Below are positions 1 to 9,313 of a stretch of 64,000 bases of DNA, one piece after another. Position numbers and translations under genes: made by a program. The stretch comes from Thermodesulfobacteriota bacterium (GTDB lineage Bacteria; Desulfobacterota; Desulfobacteria; Desulfobacterales; SURF-7). The DNA lies in NCBI GenBank assembly GCA_049320885.1, contig JBMORA010000024.1, positions 32,001 through 96,000 of the forward strand, read 5' to 3'. The notes under the pieces were generated by a model, which saw nothing but the letters and a program-made list of their open reading frames with translations, had not been told where the DNA came from and searched no databases. The number at the start of each line of letters is the position of its first letter. Position 1 is the stretch's first letter.

Positions 1-444
1 AGAGTCGGCAAACGCGAGAACCTGGTGGACACGATTTATATCGACAACGCTGCCGATGCTCACCTTCTCGCGGCCGACAAGCTCCGGGAAAACCCCGCCC
101 TTTCCGGAAACATCTATTTCATCAGCAATGATGAACCGATTCCCCTCTGGGACATCATCAACGGCATCTTGAAAGCCGGTGGACGGGAGCCGGTCACCCG
201 CACCCTGCCGCATGGGGTGGTTCGGACCATCGGCGCCGTTCTGGAAGGGATATACCGGCTCTTCCGGATCGACGCTGAACCCAAGATGACCCGCTTCGTG
301 GCGGATGAGCTGGCGACGGCCCACTGGTTCGACATCAGCGCCGTGAAAAGGGATCTGGGCTACGCCCCCGGGGTATCCATCAAGGAAGGACTGATCCGGC
401 TGGAGGAATGGCTTCAACAAACCGGTCGGAAGCATTCCCGCTGA
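1..444 (+). CDS. oleD: 3-beta-HSD/NAD-dependent epimerase-family reductase, OleD-like (5'-truncated by the window edge)
   Basis: Frame is open from base 1 (RVGKRENLVDTIYIDNAADAH...YFISNDEP...TRF...HWFDIS...DLGY.P..SI.EGL.RL), the C-terminal pattern of OleD-type extended SDRs. Confidence 0.6.
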   Translation, partial: RVGKRENLVDTIYIDNAADAHLLAADKLRENPALSGNIYFISNDEPIPLWDIINGILKAGGREPVTRTLPHGVVRTIGAVLEGIYRLFRIDAEPKMTRFVADELATAHWFDISAVKRDLGYAPGVSIKEGLIRLEEWLQQTGRKHSR

Positions 445-459
445 ACAGGAAAGGTTTCG

Positions 460-1755
460 ATGACGGTCAAAAACAAAAAAACGCTCATTTCCGGTGACTC
501 CATGCTGATTTTCAGCGTCGGACTCGCCATCATCTACTGGCTGATCGAATCGGTGATCCATCTGTTCGTTTCCTCCGATGTCAATTTTTTACAGCAACTG
601 CTGGGAACGGATATCTACAACACCTATACCCGGATCATCATTCTCTGTCTCTTCGTGATCTTCGGCTCCCATGTGCAGTATACGATCAACAAAAAAAGGG
701 AAGCGGAGAACGCCCTGCGGGAAAGCGAGGAAAAATACCGGAAAATCCTGGAAAGCATCGAGGAAGGCTATTACGAAGTCGATCCCGACGGAAGATTTAC
801 CTTTTTCAATGATTCGGTCTGCCGGATTCTGGGCGTTTCCAAGGAGGAACTGCTCGGACGCAACAGTCAGGCCTACATGGATGAACCGAATGCCCGGAAA
901 TTGGAAAGGACTTTCCATAAAGTCGCCGATACCGGAAAACCCTTCACGGCCTTCGACTGCGAATACATCATCAAGGACGGCACGAAACGGATCATCGAAA
1001 CCTCCGTCTCCCTCATCAGCGATGTCAAAGGCAGAACCCTCGGGTTCCGGGGAGTGGCCCGGGACATCACCGCCAAAAAAGACATGGAAAAGGAACTCCT
1101 CGAATATCACCGGAAGCTCCAGGATTCCCGCTCCGCCGCCATCCTCGGCCTGGCCAAGCTGGCCGAATACCGGGACAGGGAAACCGGTTCCCATCTGGAA
1201 AGAATCCGGGAGTATGCCAAAATCATCGCCCGGGAATTATCCCAGAAGCCGGAGTACAGGGGCTATATCGACGAAAACTATATCGAAGACATCTACAATT
1301 CGGCCATCCTCCACGATATCGGCAAGGTGGCCATTTCCGACGCCATCCTGCTGAAACCGGAAAAACTGACTCCGGAGGAATTCGAAACCATGAAGCACCA
1401 CACCACCATGGGCGGCCAGGCCCTGGAGGTCATCGAATCCCGCACCCAAGGCCAGTCCTTCCTGACCATCGGCAAGGAAATCGCTTTCAACCATCATGAA
1501 CGCTGGGATGGAACGGGGTATCCAAGGGGTCTGGCCGGCAGGCAAATCCCCCTGTCGGCCCGGATCGTGGCCCTGGCGGATGTCTATGACGCCCTGGTTT
1601 CGAGGCGCAGCTACAAAGAGGCCATGCGGCATGAAGATGTTCAGGAACAGATTGTCATGGGCCGAGGGACTCAATTCGATCCGGACGTGGTCGACGCTTT
1701 TCTTGCCCGGATCGAAGACTTCAGGGCCGTTCACAACCGGCTCGGGGACGCCTGA
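460..1755 (+). CDS. Membrane-anchored PAS + HD-GYP cyclic-di-GMP phosphodiesterase
   Basis: Two N-terminal hydrophobic helices, PAS/PAC (EEKYRKILESIEEGYY...GVARDIT), and HD-GYP motifs AEYRD.ETG.H, LHDIGK, HHERWDGTGYP, ADVYDAL. Confidence 0.92.
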   Translation: MTVKNKKTLISGDSMLIFSVGLAIIYWLIESVIHLFVSSDVNFLQQLLGTDIYNTYTRIIILCLFVIFGSHVQYTINKKREAENALRESEEKYRKILESIEEGYYEVDPDGRFTFFNDSVCRILGVSKEELLGRNSQAYMDEPNARKLERTFHKVADTGKPFTAFDCEYIIKDGTKRIIETSVSLISDVKGRTLGFRGVARDITAKKDMEKELLEYHRKLQDSRSAAILGLAKLAEYRDRETGSHLERIREYAKIIARELSQKPEYRGYIDENYIEDIYNSAILHDIGKVAISDAILLKPEKLTPEEFETMKHHTTMGGQALEVIESRTQGQSFLTIGKEIAFNHHERWDGTGYPRGLAGRQIPLSARIVALADVYDALVSRRSYKEAMRHEDVQEQIVMGRGTQFDPDVVDAFLARIEDFRAVHNRLGDA

Positions 1756-1785
1756 TCCGCCGGTTGCTCCTCCGGGAGGCGGCAA

Positions 1786-3075
1786 TCAGTCCGGCAAGAG
1801 ATCGTAAAAGTACATCATGGCGTCGGTCCGGGTGACGATTCCGATAATTTCCCCCTTGTCCACCACCGGCAGGCGCCCGATATCATGTTTCACCATGAGA
1901 CGCGCGGCCTCCACGGGACTTCGATCCGGCCCGATGGTGACGGTCTCGCGGCTCATGAACGCCTTCACCGGCGCCTTGAGCTGATTGTTGCGCACCTTAT
2001 GAAAATCCCGGCGGGAAATCACGCCCACCAGCCGGCCGTTGTCCACCACCGGCAATCCGGTGCAGCCTTTTTCCCGCAGGATCTTGGCGGTCTGCGACAT
2101 CGTCGTATCCGACGGAATGGCGAGCACGGGGTAGGACATCAGGTCGCTGACCCGCACCGATGATTGTTGATTGCCCTCGATCAATTCGATGATCCAGTCC
2201 TTGATGGCCTCCGGCGAGGCGGATTTGATCATGGCCGAGGCAGCGCCCGGATGGCCGCCGCCCCCCATGCTCCGCATCATCAACCCCACATTCAATTCAT
2301 CCACATTGCTGCGGCCGATGACGATGCTGCGGTTGTGTTCGCGGTCGCTGAAAATCCCGAAAGCGGCGTCCACGTTCAGGATCTCCCGGTACATGTGCAC
2401 CACAAGCGACAGGTTGCCCACATGCCCGCTGATCTCAATGGCATTGCAGCTGATGGTGAAGCCGCCGACTTTCATGCGCTCCGCCTTCTGCAGCATTTGG
2501 AAAAGAATGTTCTTCTGCTTCTCGCCATATCCCGGTCGCAGGAAGGTGCTCAGAATGTTGAGGTCCGCCTTGCGATCCAGAAGGAATCCGGCGGTATAGG
2601 CGTCCTCGGCCGTGGTGGATGGAAACGAAAGATTGCCGGTGTCTTCATACAGACCCGCCAGGAAAAGGGTCGCCTGCATGGGGGTCAGAATTTTATGCTG
2701 CTTTTTCATTTCGCGCACCATCAGGGTGATGTTCGCCCCCATTTCCTCCTTGCATTCCCAGGCGGCTTGGATATCTCCGTTGGGGTGGTGATCCCAGACA
2801 ATGACCTCGATGTCTGTCCTGCCCTTCAGCTTTCCGACCTCCAGGCGGCCCCAGGAATTGGCATCCACCACGATCAGCCGCTTCACCTCGGCCATATCGA
2901 TATCATCCGGCGTGCGGATATCGAACAAATCCTTGTGAATGGAAAGAAAGCCCTTGGCGTTTGGATTGATCGTTTTGGGCAGCACGGCCACGGCGCCCGG
3001 ATACAGCAGGGTTCCGGCGATCACCGAGGCCAGGGCGTCAAAATCGCTGCTCTTGTGAGTTGTAATGATGTCCAT
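1786..3075 (-). CDS. DHH/DHHA1 phosphoesterase with C-terminal CBS pair
   Basis: Start re-set to MDIITTHK (ATG at 3075). Motifs DFDA, VVD, WDHH, YEDTG, GGGHPGAAS, then two CBS repeats (GLPVVD, RLPVVD). Confidence 0.88.
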   Translation of the reverse strand: MDIITTHKSSDFDALASVIAGTLLYPGAVAVLPKTINPNAKGFLSIHKDLFDIRTPDDIDMAEVKRLIVVDANSWGRLEVGKLKGRTDIEVIVWDHHPNGDIQAAWECKEEMGANITLMVREMKKQHKILTPMQATLFLAGLYEDTGNLSFPSTTAEDAYTAGFLLDRKADLNILSTFLRPGYGEKQKNILFQMLQKAERMKVGGFTISCNAIEISGHVGNLSLVVHMYREILNVDAAFGIFSDREHNRSIVIGRSNVDELNVGLMMRSMGGGGHPGAASAMIKSASPEAIKDWIIELIEGNQQSSVRVSDLMSYPVLAIPSDTTMSQTAKILREKGCTGLPVVDNGRLVGVISRRDFHKVRNNQLKAPVKAFMSRETVTIGPDRSPVEAARLMVKHDIGRLPVVDKGEIIGIVTRTDAMMYFYDLLPD

Positions 3076-3100
3076 GGATCTCCGTGTTTTTTGTCCTGTT

Positions 3101-3943
3101 CTATTGTTTGACTCCCGGAAAGGAATCGTCCGGCGCTTGCGACGATTCTTCCGCCTTGCATTCTTTCCATTCAGCTGGCTGGCAGGCGTCGTCTCCCCGA
3201 CCATCCAAACCGATCTGCATGGTCCGGCGGTGCTGGTATTCCAGCCGGAGCCGGCAAAGATCCATCTCGGTCCGGCTTTCAATCACTTTTTTGGCCAGGA
3301 GATAGCGAAGATAGATGACCCAGACCACAAGCCCGAGGACGACGAGGCTTGCCCCCAGTAACAGCCATTTATATTTGACGATGGTTTCCTCGCCCAGTCG
3401 GCCCAGATAGATCAACAGGTTCGGAAACGTCCAGTAGGAAAAGATCGCGAGAAAAATCAAGAATCCGATGGTGTAAATATTCAGGCGGCCGAGATGAAAA
3501 AGCATTTTCTCCAAACGGGAGGCGTCGCTCTCGGGTTTCCGGAAGGGGGCCGATCCGTCCTTTTCACCATGAAACAGGGCGGCGTATACCTTGACGATGA
3601 ACACGAACAGCAGAACAAGTCCCACCGGGATGCCCACCGCCGCTGCGAACCAGGCCCGGAAAGGAAACGGGATCTCACGGCTGATGAGTTTGACCTGGTA
3701 TTGGTCCAGCGGTCCGAAAGTTTTTTCAAAATAGTATTTATCGAAGCTGCTGAGGTTGTTGCCGTCGGTTTCATACACCACCTCACCAGCGTTGTTCAGG
3801 ATATGCAGCCGTGATTGCCGGCCGGATTTCATGGCCGCCACCGCCAGAATCTCCATTTCAATCAGGAAAAGGCAGACCCCGACGACAATCAGAACCGTGC
3901 TGTTGCGTCGGATGGCGGAAAATGCGTTGTTGTCATCGGTCAC
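3101..3943 (-). CDS. Hypothetical integral membrane protein (about 4 TM helices)
   Basis: Four hydrophobic stretches; probable GTG start at 3943 (the ORF track extends it to 4015); co-oriented with flanking genes. Confidence 0.7.
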   Translation of the reverse strand: MTDDNNAFSAIRRNSTVLIVVGVCLFLIEMEILAVAAMKSGRQSRLHILNNAGEVVYETDGNNLSSFDKYYFEKTFGPLDQYQVKLISREIPFPFRAWFAAAVGIPVGLVLLFVFIVKVYAALFHGEKDGSAPFRKPESDASRLEKMLFHLGRLNIYTIGFLIFLAIFSYWTFPNLLIYLGRLGEETIVKYKWLLLGASLVVLGLVVWVIYLRYLLAKKVIESRTEMDLCRLRLEYQHRRTMQIGLDGRGDDACQPAEWKECKAEESSQAPDDSFPGVKQ

Positions 3944-4066
3944 GGAATCAATCCCCGAACATCCCCAATGATGAGCTGTTGGAAAGCTCAAATCCGTCTT
4001 TCGGCTGGAAGGCATTCTTGCACAATTCCGGATCGCCGGTCAAGCGGCAAGCTTGTTACCGTCCGT

Positions 4067-6601
4067 TCAGTTCTGGATCGCCGGCAGAAACCCGCCGATT
4101 CCCGGAAGGTCCGACCGCAGACCGAAATCATCGAAATACACCGTAATCGCGCCATGGCCGTAGGCGTGCAGACCCAATTCCGGCTGGGCGGAAAAGCCGG
4201 CCGTGGGAGATAGCAATTCCGGCTGATGGCTTCTCAGCATCGAATCGGGTTCCGCGGCCACCGGCACGGCATCGACGGTTCCCACCAGGTTGTTGACGGC
4301 GTCCCACTGGACCAGTGTGACATAATCATTGCCGGGCGTGGTGACAGGACCGTCCTTCGGCGGCCATTTCAGAGTGGTGCAGCCGGATTGGCAGCGCGGA
4401 TATCCATGGCGATCCATATCCAGTAGAGAACCGTCGGGAACGCCGTAGCCGTCCGGATCACCGTAATATACCTGTATGTAGTTGTCTTTCGGGCGCAGGC
4501 CGCCGCCCGTGGCCGTCGCCAACGGCACGCCGCCGACCTTCAGCGGACCGGCGGTGAATGGAATCGATTCCGACAAACGGTTCAAGAGAATCGTTCCGGC
4601 CGCGCTGCCATCCCAGGCGCCGGACGACAGCAGCGGTTCCCCCAGGACAACTCCGCGGGCCCCGCCATCCTGGGTGAGAACCGCTCCGGCCGGAATCGCG
4701 GAAATGCCGTTGGTGAATTCCAGGGCGGCGGCCTCCCGCAATTGAACCATCAGGACGGCGTCCTGCAAGGGATGGAAACCGGACTCCAGCCGGACGTCGT
4801 CTATATACCAGCCGTCGCGTCGAACCGACCCATCCGTGACCAACCGGAAACGAATCCGCACATTTTTCTTGAGGTAGTATGCCGGAACGGATATCACCTT
4901 CTCCACCCAGGTGTTTTGAGGCACTTCGCTCAGCAGAACGAATGCATTGGTATACTCGGCCAGGAGGTCGGAGGTGACGAATTCATCGTCCGAGATTTCC
5001 ACGTACCCGTAGTCGTAGTAGGCCTCCAGATCATAGCGGTGCCAGAACACCAGCCGGACATCCCTTTCCCAGCCCAGGTCAATGGGGGCGGATGTAAGAG
5101 AAAGATCTTGATTATCCAGATAATTTCCCCCGGGACTGTCATGCCAGGAGGTGGAAAAGCTGTGATAGCGGGAAGTCACCCGGGCCCAGGGCGCAGCCGG
5201 CGACCATCCGCCGCCCCCGGATTCCATATCGTCCTGAAAAAAAAGAACCGGCGTCAGCCGTTTATACGCCAGCCAGTTTCGGGTTGCTCCGAAATCGGTC
5301 TGCTGCCAGAGGACAATCAGGGGAACATCCGAGACCGGCACGATGGCATTGTCGATTCCGTCCAGGGGCGGGATCAGGTTCTGGTTGCCGCGCAGGAAGG
5401 ATATGCCGTAACAATTGGAATTGTTATCCAGGCGAAAGGACATTCCGGCGGCAAAATACCGGGGAACGGGAATCGGCTCGAACCCGCCCTCGGGCGTGAT
5501 GGCGGAATCGAAACCGATTTTCACCTGGGCGTCATAGCTCAAAAACCGGCCGGCCGCCCCGTAGCCGCGTTCCAGGTTCACCCCCGAGGAATCCGGCTTG
5601 AACGCGATCAGGCTTGACTTCGGCGAGGGCCCCGCTTCCACGGCGATCACCTTGAGGGCTTTGTCGCCATCCACGGTGACAACGGCGTGATCCCCCAGGG
5701 AAGACGTGTCCTCCCAATGGGATTTGTCCTCGAAACGATCCAAAAATTCCGTATTTTCGAAAAGCGGAATGGAATACCGGATTTCCCGGGCGATTCCGGT
5801 GCTGCTCCTGCCCAGGGAACTCAACTCCAGAAACGGCTGCAGGACGACCGTCCCGGCGCCCGGAGGCGCCGTCCACGGGGCGGCGGCGTCCGCCATGGTG
5901 ATTCCCAGCAATTTGTTGTTCCCCGGATCCGCTTTCCGATAGCGGTACGATCGTCCGGACAGGGTAAAAAGGCCATTGCGGTCCGGAAACAATGACACCC
6001 CGCCGATGACATTCAAGTCGCCGCCGGGTCCGGCGCCGTTATATCCATTGCTTTGAAGCCCCAGTTTCGGCCGCTGCCCGGTCAGGGCGTTCCAGCTTCC
6101 GCCGGCCTTCACAAACCGGACAATCTGCTGGTCCGCATGGCTCATATCAATGGAATCAAAGGCCTCCGGCAGATCCGGATCGTCGAAAACCAGACTGCCC
6201 GGGGCGCTGACCCAACCCGGACGAATTCCGAAGGGAACCCGTGTCTCCAGCACGCTGCCGGCGGCGTCCGTCCGCACTTCGAAAACATAGGTGGAGAATC
6301 GCAATCTGAAGACACCTCCCCGGTCGCCCAGGGTGAACTCGCGGTTGTTCAAAGGACCGATATCGTCCCCGCTCCGCAACTTCGCCGCCCCGTATCGATA
6401 GCCGGATTCGGCCAGATAATAGGCCTGGTCGGCCAGGTTCGCTCCGGCCAGATGCTGGGACTGAACGGCGGTCTGTGAAATCATGGCGACCCCCAATACG
6501 CTCAGCACCATCATGGTGACGATCAGGCCCACCAGGACGGCCCCTGCCTGTGGAGGACCGAAGTGGATGCTGGTTGTATGCCGGTTGCCGATCAGGTTCA
6601 T
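4067..6601 (-). CDS. PilX/GspK/MshP-like minor pilin with large C-terminal lectin/adhesin-like region
   Basis: N-terminal QAG|AVLVGLIVTMMVLSVLG class III signal lacking Glu5, followed by QAYYLAESG, the PilX-type signature; last gene of the pilin cluster. Start 6601 or 6628. Confidence 0.8.
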   Translation of the reverse strand: MNLIGNRHTTSIHFGPPQAGAVLVGLIVTMMVLSVLGVAMISQTAVQSQHLAGANLADQAYYLAESGYRYGAAKLRSGDDIGPLNNREFTLGDRGGVFRLRFSTYVFEVRTDAAGSVLETRVPFGIRPGWVSAPGSLVFDDPDLPEAFDSIDMSHADQQIVRFVKAGGSWNALTGQRPKLGLQSNGYNGAGPGGDLNVIGGVSLFPDRNGLFTLSGRSYRYRKADPGNNKLLGITMADAAAPWTAPPGAGTVVLQPFLELSSLGRSSTGIAREIRYSIPLFENTEFLDRFEDKSHWEDTSSLGDHAVVTVDGDKALKVIAVEAGPSPKSSLIAFKPDSSGVNLERGYGAAGRFLSYDAQVKIGFDSAITPEGGFEPIPVPRYFAAGMSFRLDNNSNCYGISFLRGNQNLIPPLDGIDNAIVPVSDVPLIVLWQQTDFGATRNWLAYKRLTPVLFFQDDMESGGGGWSPAAPWARVTSRYHSFSTSWHDSPGGNYLDNQDLSLTSAPIDLGWERDVRLVFWHRYDLEAYYDYGYVEISDDEFVTSDLLAEYTNAFVLLSEVPQNTWVEKVISVPAYYLKKNVRIRFRLVTDGSVRRDGWYIDDVRLESGFHPLQDAVLMVQLREAAALEFTNGISAIPAGAVLTQDGGARGVVLGEPLLSSGAWDGSAAGTILLNRLSESIPFTAGPLKVGGVPLATATGGGLRPKDNYIQVYYGDPDGYGVPDGSLLDMDRHGYPRCQSGCTTLKWPPKDGPVTTPGNDYVTLVQWDAVNNLVGTVDAVPVAAEPDSMLRSHQPELLSPTAGFSAQPELGLHAYGHGAITVYFDDFGLRSDLPGIGGFLPAIQN

Positions 6602-6617
6602 CTCCTTCACCCATGGA

Positions 6618-7178
6618 TCAGGGCGCATTCGAATTCAGGTTGTTGCGCGGGTTGACCGCCAGTGAAAAGGAATGGACGGCGGCTTCCCCGTCGGTTCGCG
6701 CCAATTCGAATTGAATTTGGATCAGGGCCAGTTTCTCCAGTCCGACCGGCGGGACGGTGGTTACGTTCCCATCGACATCCTCATAGGCCAGCTGGAAGGA
6801 ATTCACCTGATTCAGCAACACATGGGCTTCATCGTCCGCGCAGGAGCCGCAGGAGCAGTCTCCGGTCTCATCAACCTTCAAGACCAGTTCGCCGGCGCGG
6901 GCGGTCAGCACCCGGAAGAACGGCGAAAGCGGATCGACACGGTACACAATACATTGCTGGTTCGAATTCCCGCTGTCGATGTCCGTCAATTCGGACAGTT
7001 CCCGATCCATTCGGGCCATGGCCGCTTGGGCTTTCTGGGATATGGCGACATTTTCCCTGGTCGTGACGAAACCCTGTACGCCGGTCACCAGCCACAGACC
7101 CGCGGTGACGGATAGGATCCCGAACAACATCAGGGAAAGAATGACTTCAATCAGGGTGAATCCGCCTTCATCGCGCAT
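6618..7178 (-). CDS. Prepilin-type N-methylation protein (PilW/GspJ/MshO-like)
   Basis: GG|FTLIEVILSL class III signal; ARMDREL helix. Confidence 0.85.
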   Translation of the reverse strand: MRDEGGFTLIEVILSLMLFGILSVTAGLWLVTGVQGFVTTRENVAISQKAQAAMARMDRELSELTDIDSGNSNQQCIVYRVDPLSPFFRVLTARAGELVLKVDETGDCSCGSCADDEAHVLLNQVNSFQLAYEDVDGNVTTVPPVGLEKLALIQIQFELARTDGEAAVHSFSLAVNPRNNLNSNAP

Positions 7179-7190
7179 GGCCCTACCGAC

Positions 7191-7628
7191 CTACCTCACA
7201 TGGGTAAAAACCGATTGCAGCATCTGGTTCTTGGAACTGTCCGCAGCAGCCGTGACGGTTACCGTCACCTGCATGATTTCGATATCCCCGTCATTTCCCG
7301 GATCGATCTCAAACCCGGCCGGTGTGGTCTCCACCGCAATCCCTGCCCCCCCATGGGATTCCACCATGGCCTTAAAGTCTCCGTGCAGGGAGGCCCCCGG
7401 CAAATTTCCATTTGTTTTCAGCCAGTTTCGATAATCACGGGTGATTTGTTCCATGGTGGTTTTCAACCGGAGGCCATTCCCGGAGATTTCAATCATTTCG
7501 GCGCTGCGGGAAAGATTGGAGCCGATGAACTGGGTCAGCATGGTTCCCAGGATGGCAGCCATGACAATGCTGACAAGTACTTCCAGCAGCGTAAACCCGT
7601 TCTCATGAGCGTTTATCTTTGATTTCAT
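7191..7628 (-). CDS. Prepilin-type N-methylation protein (PilV/GspI/MshD-like)
   Basis: NG|FTLLEVLVSI class III signal; small size. Confidence 0.85.
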   Translation of the reverse strand: MKSKINAHENGFTLLEVLVSIVMAAILGTMLTQFIGSNLSRSAEMIEISGNGLRLKTTMEQITRDYRNWLKTNGNLPGASLHGDFKAMVESHGGAGIAVETTPAGFEIDPGNDGDIEIMQVTVTVTAAADSSKNQMLQSVFTHVR

Positions 7629-8113
7629 GGGATAAAACCTGTTTCAGGAGTCACCGCTATGGTGATGGATTTTCCTTCCGAATGGAGCGAAACCGTTGCA
7701 CCGCCCGTCACAAGACCGGGGATATCGCGGCAGGGTCGCCCCCAGGTGTCAAACGAGATGATGCTGAATCCAATGGGCGTGATTCTTTCCCGGGACAAAT
7801 CGATCAGATCGGTCTCCTCTCCGGGCAGACGCACGGTTTTCTCCACACCTTCTTCATACTGAAAGAGCCGGTAGGTTTTCCCGGAGGGGTCGTATCGAAG
7901 CCCCCATACGCTGCTGGTGCTGAGGGCCCTTGCCTGGGCATATCGCAGGTGCGCCTTGATGTTGTCGGCTCTCGCCGTAAGTTGTATCGGATCCTGAAAC
8001 GCCCGGCCGACGACAATCGCACCGATCACGCCGATGATAAACAGAACGGCGATGATTTCCACCAGCGTCAATCCCCGGTTGTCCATTACCATTGGCTTTT
8101 TTGTCGTGTCCAT
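7625..8113 (-). CDS. Prepilin-type N-methylation protein (FimU/GspH/MshC-like)
   Basis: RG|LTLVEIIAVL signal; LRYAQARA and ISFDTWGRP motifs; 4-bp overlap with the next gene. Confidence 0.85.
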   Translation of the reverse strand: MDTTKKPMVMDNRGLTLVEIIAVLFIIGVIGAIVVGRAFQDPIQLTARADNIKAHLRYAQARALSTSSVWGLRYDPSGKTYRLFQYEEGVEKTVRLPGEETDLIDLSRERITPIGFSIISFDTWGRPCRDIPGLVTGGATVSLHSEGKSITIAVTPETGFIP

Positions 8114-8200
8114 CGTCCGCCATCGTCGTCGGCTTCCCGTACGGGTATACTCAATTTATTGTTTCCGGGATACATGTCAAGAAAAACCTTCCCCCGCCGT

Positions 8201-9313
8201 TCAATTCAACGGGAGAGAGCTTCCGGTGGCGGCTTCAATTTTTTCCCGGATGCGGTGGGCATCCTGCATCCGTTTCCATATCCGCCCCCGAATCCACGGG
8301 TCCGCTCCGTACCGCTTCATCGCGGCTTCAAATCGATCTTCCAGGTTGACGCTCCGATCCCCTTTGACCAGTTTGTCCGCGAGATACAACACCTCGGCGC
8401 AGGTCGGCCGAGCCTCGCCGGAGCATTCAATGTCCGTATGGCTCGCGACGATGCGGGCGGTCTCCGGAAATCCCATGTCCATCAGCAATTCCGCGGCCCG
8501 TTTCTCGTGATGAGGGCAGCCCTTGGCCAGATCGTGAAGGAGGGCGGCCGAAACGATAAGGTTGCTGTCCATCCGCCATCCGGCCCGCGACAAGACGGCG
8601 CAAATCCTTTCCGCCACAGCGGCCACCGTTTGACAATGACGGTAAACCGCTTCCGTTACGCGGACGACATCCCGCAGGATGGCCTCGCATTCGTTCCGGT
8701 TGGGAACGGCAAACCGTTCCCAGCGTTCCAGAGCCGCTTCGTAATCCGCCGGCGTATCGATATCGAACAGGATGTTTTCATCCGCCACCGCGACCGGAAC
8801 GGTCCCGGGGGCAAGACGGTCCAGGACGCCTTTCAGGCCTTCCTTTCCGCACCACGACCGGATGGTGTCGAAATATTCCCGCGGAATGATCACCGGATGG
8901 CCCCGTTTTCCCCGGAAGCAGGGAATCAGGATGCGGTCCCGGTCGCGGTGATGGGACTCCAGCAGGAACCGGACGGTCCAGGGCCGGATCAGGGGGATGT
9001 CCGCCGGCAGAAGGATGACGGCTTCCGTCTCCGGTTCCATGGCATCCAGGGCAAGCCGCACGGAAGAAAACATTTCCAGGTGATCTCTGCGGTTGACGAT
9101 GTTGCGCACTGCGGCGGTTTCGAAAAGCGGAGCCAGCTGCTCCCGTCCATGGCCGGTGACGACGCAGATATCCTCTATCCCGGCCTTTCGGAACAAAGCG
9201 ACGGTCCGTTCCACCATGGTCACCCCACCGATGGGCAGCAGCGGTTTGAAACGCCCCATCCGGCTGGAATTTCCCGCCGCCAGAACGACCGCCGTTATTC
9301 CCCGCCGATCCAT
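8201..9313 (-). CDS. mocA: Molybdenum cofactor cytidylyltransferase (MocA-like) fused to an HD domain
   Basis: VVLAAGNSSRMG..K, ADIP, GHP and DIDTP NTP-transferase motifs; C-terminal H...LLHDLAK...H...ADK HD domain; XDH operon context. Confidence 0.8.
   Translation of the reverse strand: MDRRGITAVVLAAGNSSRMGRFKPLLPIGGVTMVERTVALFRKAGIEDICVVTGHGREQLAPLFETAAVRNIVNRRDHLEMFSSVRLALDAMEPETEAVILLPADIPLIRPWTVRFLLESHHRDRDRILIPCFRGKRGHPVIIPREYFDTIRSWCGKEGLKGVLDRLAPGTVPVAVADENILFDIDTPADYEAALERWERFAVPNRNECEAILRDVVRVTEAVYRHCQTVAAVAERICAVLSRAGWRMDSNLIVSAALLHDLAKGCPHHEKRAAELLMDMGFPETARIVASHTDIECSGEARPTCAEVLYLADKLVKGDRSVNLEDRFEAAMKRYGADPWIRGRIWKRMQDAHRIREKIEAATGSSLPLN

Noticed and set aside
3076..3282. N-terminal ORF extensions (also 24176-24262, 26757-26852, 37024-37065, 53811-53858, 54638-54787, 59764-59814)
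   Set aside because: They overlap neighbouring genes or promoters; downstream starts fit domain boundaries, RBSs or signal peptides better.
5237..5244. A8 run in the PilX-like gene (and T8 at 13547-13554) as phase-variable tracts
   Set aside because: Too short for A/T tracts and explained by Phe or Lys codons.
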